64,000 nucleotides of DNA. Source: Antedon mediterranea. Its lineage: Eukaryota; Animalia; Echinodermata. This document shows positions 53,201-64,000 of the stretch, piece after piece (positions within the stretch are counted from its first letter, which is position 1; each line of letters starts with the position of its first letter). The notes beneath the pieces were generated by a model. That model was not told where the DNA came from and ran no database searches. It saw only the letters and a list, made by a program, of their open reading frames with translations. The stretch lies in NCBI RefSeq assembly GCF_964355755.1, contig NC_092675.1:6381812-6445811 (forward strand). Direction: 5' to 3'. A program made the translations under genes and the position numbers.

Positions 53201-56200
53201 ATATGTACATTGTTGATTGATATATCAATATTTAATGTTTTTCCTCACAGCTACACATATTCAGGGCAGATGATAAACAACCTAGCAAGATTACATGCAG
53301 TAGCTGCACAATATTCTCCTTCCACCAATGATTTTGAAATCAAGGTATAATAATATTGTGTGAATAATTATGATAAAAATAATAACATTAAAATAAATCA
53401 TCATTATAAAATAGACATCACTGTCTACACTAACTTTATGTGACAAAAATTGTAATGTGCACATATATGGACATGATGACATATTACTACCATATTTGGG
53501 AACATCAAACTAGTTTGATAGTGTAGACAGAGCTTTACTTTCTTCATTAACAGATACTGTATTGTTACAGTCAGGAGCAAACGGCACAACTTGTGAGATC
53601 TGTAGCGGATGCTTCGTTGGAAAGAAATCTTGAATGCAAAAGATATAAATTGTCTGAAACAATAAGCAAGGTACAGTAGTTAAAATCCAATACCCTTTTC
53701 ACATCTACATAAATTGTAACAACTTGTAACCAGGTTTGATCTCCCCCGATTTATTACACGTTTTCATACACACAAACACGAACCCTAAGAAATCTCGGAA
53801 GGAAAGCATAGTGTTGGTTCAAGACGGAGTTTTGTCTTAATATTAGTAAAAAGATAAATATTTTGGCACATATGGCGTTTCATATGTATACTACTTGATT
53901 TTGGATATGTATTTTCAGACAAAAATCGAAATAAAAACAAATAAATAAAAAAAAAGACAATGAATACAGACTTGGGGCAAGTCTACATAGTTGCATGCTA
54001 TTTGATTACTATGATTGGTCAGTTTAATACCAGGGCAATACACGCATGCACGGTAAGAACTGGAAACATTTCAGAACTAAAACAGGCCTCATCAGAGGCC
54101 CATCATCCTGAAATTGTCCACAAAATTGTATTCACACTGCAAACCTGGTTACAAGTTGTTACATTTTGCAGATGTGAAAGGGATATTAGTCGTTAAATCC
54201 ATTAACGCCCCTTAGCTTTCCTTTTGTGGGTTTTGGATCAACAGTTATACCCTTCAATATCCCTTGTTATTAATTTATTTTAATATAAGATAAATAATAT
54301 ATAATATCTATATTTTTGTATTTTCATTGTATAAATGTATTTTGTTGGGACTCCTTTGGAAACAAACCTTTGGGCTTAAAGGGTTATCCCTTGCTTTCCA
54401 TGTCTTTTTCTAAAGTCTTTGATGAATTATTCTATGTATTTATTTTCATTCATATTTTATGCTGTTTTATAAATTGTAATGTTCTTGGAAAGCAATAAAT
54501 ATTACTTAAATACTTCACATTGCTTAACAAAAACAAGTTTACACACACCATACAATACAAAATACAGGTGTTGTGTGTTGTTAAACTCCGGAGATAGCTA
54601 GGTGAAAGAGCTTCAAGATTCTAACAGACACAAGATCCTTTTGCAAGAGAAAAAAGAAATATAAACTTATTTTTTCTTGCAGCAAGAGAAGTTTCTTCTG
54701 TCCTTGCCATGTTTCAACTCCATCAGTGCCCAGCAGGTACTGTCCACTCACGGCCTTAGAAGCATCTTCCACATGTCCTTACCAAATATGATGAAAACAT
54801 TTGCATGGTTACCAAATAAAGTACTGGAGGTAATTTATAATTCTAAAGTTAAGGATGTATTGTCCTCCAAAAACATGAAAAATGAAGATTAATAAAATCA
54901 GACTTTGAATATGCTATTTTGTAGTTTTAACAAAGTTAATCACTTTCGTAGAAAAAAAAACGAAAAATGTTTTCAGTTATGAAGTGATAAACGGTTAAAT
55001 TCAACCAAAAACCCATTGGCTGGCAACCAATTTGACTATTTTTGCTTTAAATTACAGTTTTTTTAACTTTATAATATAAAAAATATTTTTTCACGGGGAC
55101 AATATATCTTTAAATAAAATATATATAATATAAGTAAAAGCAAATCTAATAGGGAGGTTTCGCAACCTTACGAATACGATAACGAAAACGGATACGTCAC
55201 ACATTTGTGAAACTTTTGAGCTGATTCCCATTTCATATTCGTAAAGCGTATTCGTGTTGACGAATATCACCAGTCATATTCGTAACTACAAAACGAGTAT
55301 AGTTTTTGATCTATTTTGCACATTTTGCATTTGAATTAGGAATGATTCATGATTATAATATAATTATAGATTTATTGAAAGTAATTTACTAAAGTAATTT
55401 ACTAAAATGCCAGGTCAATTTAGATAAATAGCAGTTTTTAAAGTCCTCACTCGCTTTGATGTTACGCTAGGCCTAGGCAGCCAAGCACCAAGTACCTGCG
55501 CTTCTCTCAAATTTACCGCAGTCATATTTTGGACGCACCTCAATATTTCGTTGCCATGCGAAACAGATTTTTTTATGGCTTACGAAAACGAATACGTGTG
55601 CGTGACGTATCCGTTTTCGTTATCGTATTCGTAAGATTGCGAAACCTCTCTATTATTGATTCAATTGTTATATCCTTTTTTAGGGGTTGTATTCGATCAT
55701 GCATCGTAATGAAGATATAAAACCAAAACTTGATCTACCTTTTACTGAGAACATTCCATTAGATTGTAGAGAGGAAGGCAAAGCTAAAAGCATGGCATCA
55801 TATGACCTTCACCCAAAGCCGAGTGAAATTAAAGTGGAACCATTTGAATTTCCTAGTTTAGATTTTAAAAAGAATGAATTCCATGACTTTGGTACCAAGG
55901 ATTCAATTGAACATTCTGTCTCTCGAAACTTATTCCCCGACAAATACGAAGCAATGGATCAACAATATGAACACGCTATGAAAGGTTGGCCAACATTTCA
56001 AGATTCTAACAGATTCTGTATTGATAATCGCATTACGAATCAACCAGCAACATTTGAACATTTACCATGGGATAGCCATGGTATACAATCCAATATGTCA
56101 GGTGTTTCAAATAGTATGTCACACCATGAACACTTAGCAGGTGATATTTTTGGTAATGCAGTACCTAAAGCATTTCAATCGCAACAGATGAATCATTATC

Positions 56201-56841
56201 ATACTTCACCGATGAATCATTATCATACTTCACCGATGAATCACTATCATACTTCACCGATGAATCATTATCATACTTCACCGATGCATCAATTCTCAAC
56301 GGACCTATGGAATAATGCTAGAATGACAATTCCAGGAAATTTGGAAACTCAAAATAAATATTCCACGTCTGGTGCATACAAGCCTAGGAAAACATTTGGC
56401 AATCATCTGTCAGAACAAAGTTTTATGTCTGGTGCATACAAGCCTAGGAATACATTTGACAATTCCCTATCAGAACCAAGTGTTCAGTCTGGTGCATACA
56501 AGACTAACAATACTCCTAATCATCTGTTACAAGAAAGTATTATGTCTGGTGCATGCAAGCCTACCAATATTTTTGGCAATCCCCAATCAGAACAAAGAAC
56601 ATTTCGTAGAGACAGTTATGGTTATGTAGGAATGAATGAAATGCCTTTTGATAGAGTAACAGCAAATACCCAGCAGGAACAGAAAGACTGTCGGTTCCCC
56701 AATAGATTTGTTAGCAGTGTTCAGGAGGATGAAGAATTTAATTGTGCTATGGCAAGACGTGTCATGAATCCTACAGATCCTCCAAATAGAAAGGCACACA
56801 CTCTACCTTGGGAAACATTTGATGCATGGAAGGATCCATAA
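35257..56841 (+). CDS. SHOC1: SHOC1/ZIP2-like meiotic XPF-family protein (shortage in chiasmata 1), ~23 exons
   Basis: Exons approx. 35257-35292, 35711-35840, 36230-36323, 37149-37300, 38006-38159, 40230-40323, 44197-44305, 44584-44833, 45016-45110, 45336-45576, 46095-47030, 47320-47442, 47617-47787, 49402-49527, 49694-49848, 50134-50207, 50646-50891, 51370-51469, ~52370-52597, 53251-53344, 53571-53670, 54682-54829, 55684-56841. Motifs LDYL, YRTPW, VVPSSNPDS, DDFFMLR, DFPWAHFSLVVGY, LERD..IVIDERTC (XPF-like), LLSLPCFNSISAQ (HhH) match remembered SHOC1. Confidence 0.85.
36396..36826. mobile_element. MITE with TA-flanked CCGTAAATCTT...AAGATTTACGG TIRs (pogo/Tigger-like)
   Basis: Termini visible; internal sequence is the reverse complement of 62411-63081. 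Confidence 0.8.
37813..37977. mobile_element. ~150-bp Harbinger/Tourist-like MITE (AAGCTCTGTCTACACTATCAAACT TIR)
   Basis: Further copies at ~45702-45845, 50993-51153, 53420-53537, 59601-59712, 59954-60110. Confidence 0.75.
38211..39958. mobile_element. Non-autonomous TIR element (CGCC(T/C)GTATTCT..AACCGGACTTTAGTC), Harbinger-like
   Basis: ~40-bp TIR; AAA on both flanks. Confidence 0.75.
38688..39508. mobile_element. Nested hAT/P-like non-autonomous element
   Basis: TIR CAGAGCCATATATATAAAGAGTTACGACATT and perfect 8-bp TSD GCTAGGCC (38680-38687, 39509-39516). Confidence 0.88.
40400..44045 (-). mobile_element. 5'-truncated CR1-type LINE: ORF1 C-terminus (43854-44045) plus ORF2 APE endonuclease/RT (43620-40610) broken by one frameshift near 41360
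   Basis: SETW, GDFN, TDHLP, YRPISIL, DLSKAFD, GVPQGSILGP, FADDT; ORF1 FIHENLT..VWTQDGRIHV; 3' AATAAA plus TTTGAA-type tail at ~40400-40425. Confidence 0.95.
46700..46925 (+). repeat. Coding 72-bp repeat x3 (KMGEDTTKMTGSVENAEKFGKRST) in a SHOC1 exon
   Basis: ATGG landmarks at 46715, 46787, 46859. Confidence 0.9.
48090..49468 (+). repeat. 126-bp tandem array x11, each unit = intron 3' end/acceptor plus first part of a SHOC1 exon
   Basis: tgtatag|agtacaag at 48141 + n*126 up to 49401; stop-free 42-aa unit; only the last copy continues to the donor at 49528. Confidence 0.95.
53691..54186. mobile_element. TIR MITE (CCCTTTTCACATCT..TGTAACAACTTGTAACCAGGTTTG)
   Basis: ~45-bp inverted termini. Confidence 0.75.
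54849..55113. mobile_element. TTAA-flanked MITE, same family as 33093-33654
   Basis: ttaaggatgtattgtcc ... ggacaatatatctttaa. Confidence 0.7.
55148..55653. mobile_element. TIR MITE (TAGGGAGGTTTCGCAACCTTACGAATACGATAACGAAAACGGATACGTCAC)
   Basis: ~52-bp near-perfect inverted termini. Confidence 0.85.
56188..56600 (+). repeat. Coding repeats in SHOC1 last exon: 24-bp x4 (MNHYHTSP) and ~60-bp x4 (SGAYKP..)
   Basis: Visible in DNA and in ORF 55687-56841. Confidence 0.9.
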
Positions 56842-57001
56842 GCAATTGGCTAGAGAGCAATTTAGAGACCTTAATTTGCCTTCAGGTCAGGACACATGCA
56901 CTGTCTAGCTTACAATTTATGTCATCATCATCATCTTCGTCGCATCTTGAAATTAAATAAAAATGACAACAGATAACAATCAAATGTACTGTACAGCCCT
57001 G

Positions 57002-57193
57002 TAAAGGCCGATTTACACAGACGAGCAGCAATGGTAATATAAATATAGAATCTTATGTTATTCCTTATGACCATTTACACACAACGCGGAGTGGACGGGC
57101 AGTTTCCGCTCAGAGCAGATACAGATTCTATGTGGGACAAGCTACATAGTTTTCCGCTTGCCATTACTGTTCGTCTGTGTAAATTGGCCTTAA
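57002..57193. mobile_element. Harbinger-like MITE (AGGCC(G/A)ATTTACAC TIR)
   Basis: taaaggccgatttacacagacga ... tcgtctgtgtaaattggccttaa; related fragment at ~63420-63542. Confidence 0.7.
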
Positions 57194-59391
57194 GGAATTA
57201 CTGTTAATGTAAATATATAAACATGTTTTTTGCAATTTAATTATATGCAAATTCAATCTTTCATTTTGTATTACCATATTGGTCTTATAGTATACCAAAC
57301 ATCTAGATGCAACTTGCCATTTGGTTGGTTCATATCACAATTTTTTTTTGTAATACAATAGGTAGTTAGAATAAAGGGCAACAGTTCACTTTAGAAATAA
57401 CAGTACTGTATACAGGTAGGCCTAGATGTAAACATGTTTTATATTCATTGACAACCTGACTGGCGCTGCCTCATTGAATGGAACAGTCAATTATTCTAAC
57501 CCATTAAACATTGTATATTTCAGATCTTTCAGTCGAACCAACTAAACAGTTTGATAATAATATGTAGACCTGTGCTGTAAAGCATGTTACATTAAACGAG
57601 TTGTATTATCTCAATCTAAAATAGCATTTATTGGAGTCCTTCAATTTCATTATGAACACAAAAATACAATTGTCATTAACATCAATCTACATTCAACAAA
57701 TATGGAAGTAAGCGTCACTAAAACTGTCAAAAGTTGTAAATATTGCAATATGTATGCACTAATGGTAATTGGAGATATGCAATATGATTTGTTTATCAAT
57801 ATAAATTTGCAATAGATTAATTCTGAACCAAGTTGTAACTGGTATATTTGTAATGATCATAAGATACAAACATGTTACAATGGGTTTGTCAATCAACAAC
57901 TCAATTTTGACACATACAATTATTACAATAATGTTGCAATATTAATAAAAAAATATCTGAACATGAAATATTGGGAAACATTTAACTATCATTATACAAT
58001 CAATTTATAAAAATTCAATTTGTGCGTTTCAATATAACATTTAATTAACAATAAAAATATTTCTACAAATCTTCAATGATAATTTTCAAAAATTAACTCA
58101 AATCAAACAAAGAATTTATTTAGACAATATGGTTTATTGCAGATAGCTTGATATCTGTATAAAGCATTGTTGCAAAATGCATGGTGGGAAGGAATGAACA
58201 AATCAAATAGCGAACGATTCGCCATTTCCTTCCCATCATGCAAGCTTTTTATCGCTATCTGAGATAAACCTAATAATTGCTACAAATACAGATAATGGCA
58301 ACGTTGACAATTCCAACAATGAAATAAATATTCCTTTTCTCAATACTGCCTTACCTGGATAGAATGACTTATTAAAGACGCTAAACAACATTTTCCTCAT
58401 TTGACTAAACTAAGATAGGATAGGCTATAACAACAATAACTCTATTCTGTCCCTAAAATTCTATAAAGTACGATGCGATCAATTAACATTAAAATGCTTG
58501 TTAAATAAGCCTATTTAAGTACAGCACACGCATTGATTTCTTTTACATTGTTTTATACAATCTTTTACTCCCAATTTGCATGCTATAAGACACAACAATG
58601 AATCCAAACAATATTATTTTAACATGAATTCCTCAATGAGTTGTAGATATGTTAACACAATACATTAATATCTTGAATGTTTTATGTACAAAACCTTTTC
58701 CCCACACAACTAAATTACAATCTGTTTTACAGTTGTGTTAATTCATTAAGTATTTTTATCCTATATATGTAATACGATCCTGAAATTTAATTAAGTTTCT
58801 GTTGTTAGGGTAGTAAAGTTAAGAGTCTACTAATTTTGCATGCAAAATGCTATGTACAATTTTAAATTTAACTACAGCTAAAAATGTAAAACAATCTAAT
58901 ATTACAAGGTTAGTTTATGGTACAATAAAGTGCAAATCTCCATTAAAATTGTACATCTTGCACGTGTGTTAGTAAAGGCCAATATTGAAAATAATTATAC
59001 AGTATAAAAATTAAATACTTGTGAGAGATATAAAAAAAGAAGCTAAAACGCATGCATATTTGAGGTGATACCGTTGCTAGTGAGTTGCTACCTGTATTAC
59101 ACATTCAAATAAAATAAAATAAATAAATAAAAATAAATTTTGAGGTCAATTTTTGTCGGATTTATTTGCATTTCAGCGAGTTTAAATATACCTATTGTAC
59201 GGAGGTATTTGATTAAATATTGACAATTTTTTAGGTTTTTAAAATTCATTTCCTTGAATATGAATATGTTCAAATAAAACATTCATTTAATACTATCGAT
59301 AATGATCAAGTCATGACACAAACATATGCAAAATTATTAAATCTACGAGATACCACATAAACAATCAACTATGTTTATTATAGTACACACT

Positions 59392-62300
59392 TTAACGCCC
59401 ATTTTCATACCCTGGGAACAGCTCCCTTAAGATGGTTGCAAGAACTTTGCTCTGCGCCATACTGTAACCTTTTCCCAGGTCATGTCGACAGGAAGGGCAG
59501 TTGTACACTTGTGCACGGAACGAGCGCTGCAAGCATGCCTGAAATGAAAAAGTATTTTAAATGGTAAAAAATGAAAGATAAAATAAACGATTATTTTAAA
59601 TAAGCACTGTCTACACTATCAAACTTTATTTGACAAAAAATGTATGTATATATGGACATGATGATATCATAACACTACTATACACTAGTTTGATAGTGTA
59701 GACATAGCTTAAGATGAAAAAAAAGTCATGAAATAGATTTCCTTCTGAATTTACAATATGTGTATTTGTAACTCTAACTACTGTGGAATAGCTTTGCGTA
59801 ATGGTGTCGAGAAATAAAGTTTTTTCCTACTCCGACGTAATTTTGATTTGCAGATGCTCAGACTGACGTGTCGTGGAATCAACTTCCATAAGGAATCATA
59901 ACAATTAGCTGTCCTCATTGCATCTAACATTCAGTACAATGTTTATTGTTTAGTAAAGCTCTGTCAATCAAACATAATGGACAAAAAATGTGATGTGTCC
60001 ATATATGGACATGATGTTATACCACTACCATATTTGGCTATATCACTATCATATTTGGGCACATCACACTTTTTTTTGTCGAACTAGTTTGATAGTGTAG
60101 ACAGATCTTAAAACAGATAGCACATTGTTGTGGATCTATGCAAACAATTGTCAACAACAATGGTTTGTTCTTTTATAACTTGCAATACAGTATTATACAG
60201 ATATTGCCCTGCTTAAAGGTGAAATATAAGATTTGACATCCCCTCGGGAATGATATTTTGCTCTCTGGAATATATTTTCCTCAGAGCTAGACGCTTCGGG
60301 AAATATATATATAAAATGCAATATAGCTACCGACAAGCACACACAGGTTAATATTGTTTCAGTTTTCCTTCCCTATAATGGATACACCCACCACCCATTT
60401 AATGCTCTTACCTTACAGACATTGTGTTTGCAAGGCGTTGTGATAGGTTGATAAACCAACTCCTGACAACAAATACACATGAAAACCTCTTCAACAGTTG
60501 ACAGGAAACTCTGAAAAAACAAAAAAAAAGGTTTAAAATAAGTAGAAATTACAATTTAAAAATTTATTGCTCTCCCAAAACCGGACAATCTTGGGCTGGC
60601 CCACAATGTCTGGTTGGCAGGATGCATGTCACTAGTCTCCAAGCCAATCTTGGGCTGGCCCACCATGTCTGGTTGGCAGGATGCATGTCACTAGTCTCCA
60701 TGCCAATCTTGGGCTGGCCCACTATGTCTGGTTGGCAGGATGCATGTCACTAGTCTCCATGCCAATCTTGGGCTGGCCCGCCATGTCTGGTTGGCAGGAT
60801 GCATGTCACTAGTCTCCAAGCCATTATACAAACCTTTCCTTTTTTCATCTCTTCCATGACATCATTCCATGCCTTTGTATTCTCTTCATCTTCCTTTATT
60901 TTTTTCTTCATCTCTGCGGGAATTTCTGCCTTCTCTATTTTCTTCTTTTTGGCCGGTGTACCAGATGTGGACTCTAAATACAAGATAAATTGGTTACTAC
61001 AATTTATTTACTGCAATTAACATCAGACAGATTTGCTGCCAGTTAGGAGTCTCACACATTTAAACTACCAATGCATGCAGTATCAAAGTATTAAATCTAA
61101 ATTCTATACCAGTTTTTTTTCTTTTGCCTTTCGACGTTCCCTCTGCTTTCTCCTCATCATCACCATCTTTTGATTTTCCCTTTTTCTTCAACTCTTTTTC
61201 TTTCTCCTTCGCAGCCATTGCCTCTAAGTATCCATCAGGGTACTGAAGAATATATCATAACTAAGTTAATTACATGTTTTTCTAAATAATTTCTTTTGCT
61301 GAAATTCATATTCATAAATGTATTTCTCAAATATGATGGCGCTATCGGCACAGCACTGGTATCCCAAGTGCTCAGACATAAAAACGAAATGTTATATTTA
61401 TATATTAATTTTTTCCAAACATGATCTTGTAAACCAAAAACATTAAAAAAGTATACCTGTACAGTAAGGCCGTGTTCTTTGATCAGTTTCTTTCCCATCT
61501 TCGTCCACGGAGCTGGAGATTCATCATCACGACGAAGCAAAAATCGCCAAACCCTGAAACCACTCTTACCCTTCTCAGGCCAATATTGCACAATCTAAAA
61601 ATAGATTTAGTTTCTAATATTAGAACCTTTTTTACCCCCTCACCTTTTTTAAACGTTACCTCTTAAAATCACAAAATGCTCAGACTGACGTGTCTTTGAA
61701 TCAGTTTCAAGTAAGAATCATAGCATTAGCTGTCCTCATTGCATTCATGTTGTAAACACCTAAATTTAGTACTATAATAGCCTTATGACAATTAAAAATT
61801 ATTCCAGGCATGAAATCCACATTATTTTGTATCAGGTAGGCTAGTAAACACTAAAATAATTGAAATTTGTTAAGAATACTGACAGAAACCCAGAATTCTG
61901 GTAAATTATTTAATCATACCTTGTATATTCCATCATATCTGCAACCATCCTCTGGCGCATATTTTGAATGTTTTCTTCCCTTACAGCTACGCACAACACG
62001 TACCGATTTACCTGCTTTCCAATCCTTAGCCTCACCTCCATTCTTTTTGTCCAATGGGCAGTTGCAGTTTCTTGCAAGGGCTCTAACAAGAAAAAAAAAA
62101 GAAAATGTTCTTTTAAATCTTTTTTTAGACTTAATTTATTCTCATATTATTTCGCCTTAATAAATTACTTACTGATTCATCTTTGTCAATTCTTGATCAC
62201 ATGATTGTTCAGCGGTTCGTTTGTTTCCAGAGAGGTCACGACCTCCACTTCCTGTGTATGTAAACTCTTCACCATTATCCTTAAAATAGTATAAACAGAG

Positions 62301-63742
62301 TGCAATTAATTCAATAATAAATAACCAATTAACACTGTGAACACATGGCAGAATTTCCTTTCTATATCATGCCATCGGGTCACTAATCTATTTCTTCTAA
62401 TCCATCATTAACGTAAATCTTCTAATTGTAACCCTGGGTCATTATTCTTTGATTTTAGGGTGGGTTACTATTAGAAGGGGGGGGGGGGGTTACTATTAGA
62501 ACTCTAACTTTATTTTATAAACTTAAAAACACTCAATCTTCACCCACTCCCGAGATCAACATGCATTATTTCCTTATTTTCAAAATACGGCTGCATCATA
62601 AACGATCAATAGTTTTTGTGACTCTAATAGTAACCCCTAGATTGACTTATAAGGTGGGTTACTATTAGAAGGTGGGTTACTATTAGAAGGAGGGTTACTA
62701 TTAGAAGGAGGGTTACTATTAGAAGGAGGGTTACTATTAGAAGGAGGGTTACTATTAGAAGGAGGGTTACTATTAGAAGGAGGGTTACTATTAGAAGGAG
62801 GGTTACTATTAGAAGGAGGGTTACTATTAGAAGGAGGGTTACTATTAGAGTAGTGGGTTACTATTAGAAGGTGGGTTACTATTAGAAGGAGGTTACTATT
62901 AGAAGGAGGGTTACTATTAGAAGGAGGGTTACTATTAGAGTAGTGGGTTACTATTAGAGTAGTGGGTTACTATTAGAAGGAGGGTTACTATTAGAAGGAG
63001 GGTTACTATTAGAGTGTGGGTTACTATTAGAGTAGTGGGTTACTATTAGAGTAGTGGGTTACTATTAGAAGATTGACGGTAATACATTCTTATAGCCTAC
63101 CTCATCATCTTCATAGCCACCTGCCAAAACAATTGAATAAGCACCTTCTATTTCACGGCCATGAATTCCTGCCACGTGAGGGCGGTGTATACCTACTTCG
63201 CTGACTTGAACCCTGAACTTCCACTGTGTTCCGACGTGTATTCCAGGTATTTCTCCAAAGTGATTGGGTGGTACAATGGTACAAATTTTTGACCGACCAA
63301 CGCATGCCATACCCTAAAAAAAAAAAGCAGACAATTTCAAGCAACACTTCAGGAACCCCTTTAAATGGAACATTACTTTTAAGTGGGCACTTTCCTGTGA
63401 AGCGAATGAGGGGTCTTATGAGCCTTTAACACAAAACGTGAAGCGGAAGTGTGGTTAAGCAGAAACCTGCCAAGGATAGATAAAAATTCTACGTGGGAAA
63501 ATCGCAGTTTTTCCGCTCACCGCTCGTGTAAATTGGCCTTTATGGCGCTGCACTGTTCAAACACACAACATCTAACATGCATTGGAAGTAAATCAAATAT
63601 AAAATGTGTTGAATCTACCTTTCCCCAATCACGTTTACAAGATGATTTCGACGACGCCATTTTGGCCTTCTTCTTGCTCTCCTTCAGTTTTTGACCAGCT
63701 TGCACCACTTCACTTGCATCATTTTTACATAGGGGACAATAC
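59392..63742 (-). CDS. UHRF1: UHRF1 3' part (end of PHD, SRA, polybasic linker, RING); gene continues beyond window
   Basis: Exons approx. 63742-63619, 63313-63101, 62280-62174, 62081-61920, 61594-61457, 61243-61110, 60974-60833, 60511-60413, 59538-59392: [93 protein letters not shown]. Confidence 0.98.
59852..59925 (-). ncRNA. Intronic box C/D snoRNA candidate, copy 1
   Basis: AGATGC-A-ATGAGGA (box C variant) ... ATGA (D') ... CTGA (D)-GCATCT; 6-bp terminal stem; sense to host UHRF1. Confidence 0.72.
60586..60824. repeat. 59-bp tandem repeat x4 next to a UHRF1 splice donor
   Basis: caatcttgggctggccc..atgtctggttggcaggatgcatgtcactagtctcca x4. Confidence 0.92.
61675..61745 (-). ncRNA. Intronic box C/D snoRNA candidate, copy 2
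   Basis: AATGC-A-ATGAGGA ... GACACGTCAGT-CTGA-GCATT; boxes, stem and guides conserved with copy 1 while flanks are unrelated. Confidence 0.72.
62411..63081. mobile_element. MITE with expanded ~17-18-bp minisatellite (GGAGGGTTACTATTAGAA)n
   Basis: More than 20 tandem copies at 62653-63070; termini cgtaaatcttctaat / attagaagattgacggta. Confidence 0.88.
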
Positions 63743-64000
63743 CTTAAAAAACAATAATATTGCTTGGGTCCAATACAATCAACTTTGGCAAAGACAATTT
63801 TCTTTATTTCTTTCGCTAATCGAAGGTTTGCCCCATACTAATAAATACATTAAATACAAACAATAACACTGAAATAGCAAAAGCAATACATATCAATGAA
63901 ATTAGCATAATAAAAACACAAAAAAAACCCCATTAAGACTTGACCGTCTAGTCTAAACTAAATATCGAGAGACACATTTCTAATAGACACGATAGTTTCC

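Noticed and set aside
62330-62410. Possible H/ACA snoRNA hairpin in a UHRF1 intron
   Set aside because: Only one imperfect hairpin, no second copy and no convincing box spacing.
62653-63070. Telomeric repeat
   Set aside because: Contains GGGTTA once per 17-18-bp unit, not (TTAGGG)n; part of a MITE.

Overview
AT-rich, intron-rich invertebrate animal DNA, not prokaryotic. An echinoderm such as a crinoid is a guess from the TRIM expansion and TAGGCCTA-rich promoters. Left half: a minus-strand tandem cluster of RING/B-box/coiled-coil TRIM56-like genes, with three coding exons in the window plus the probable non-coding first exon of a fourth. Main finding: five exons encoding the DUSP-UBL N-terminus of a USP15/USP4-type deubiquitinase (21885-16411) splice in frame onto the middle TRIM exon, whose own ATG appears as ATA. 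This predicts a 688-aa DUSP-UBL-RING-Bbox-CC chimera with no USP catalytic domain in the window. Right half: a ~23-exon SHOC1/ZIP2-like meiotic gene (+) head-to-head with the third TRIM. It contains an 11x126-bp in-frame array of a splice acceptor plus exon start, and a dead antisense CR1-type LINE. The 3' part of UHRF1 (-) follows, hosting two copies of an intronic C/D-box snoRNA candidate. Many non-autonomous DNA transposons are present, including a 7.7-kb TIR element with two oppositely oriented 106-bp satellite arrays. Gene models and family calls come from manual reading and remembered orthologue motifs; no database search was run.
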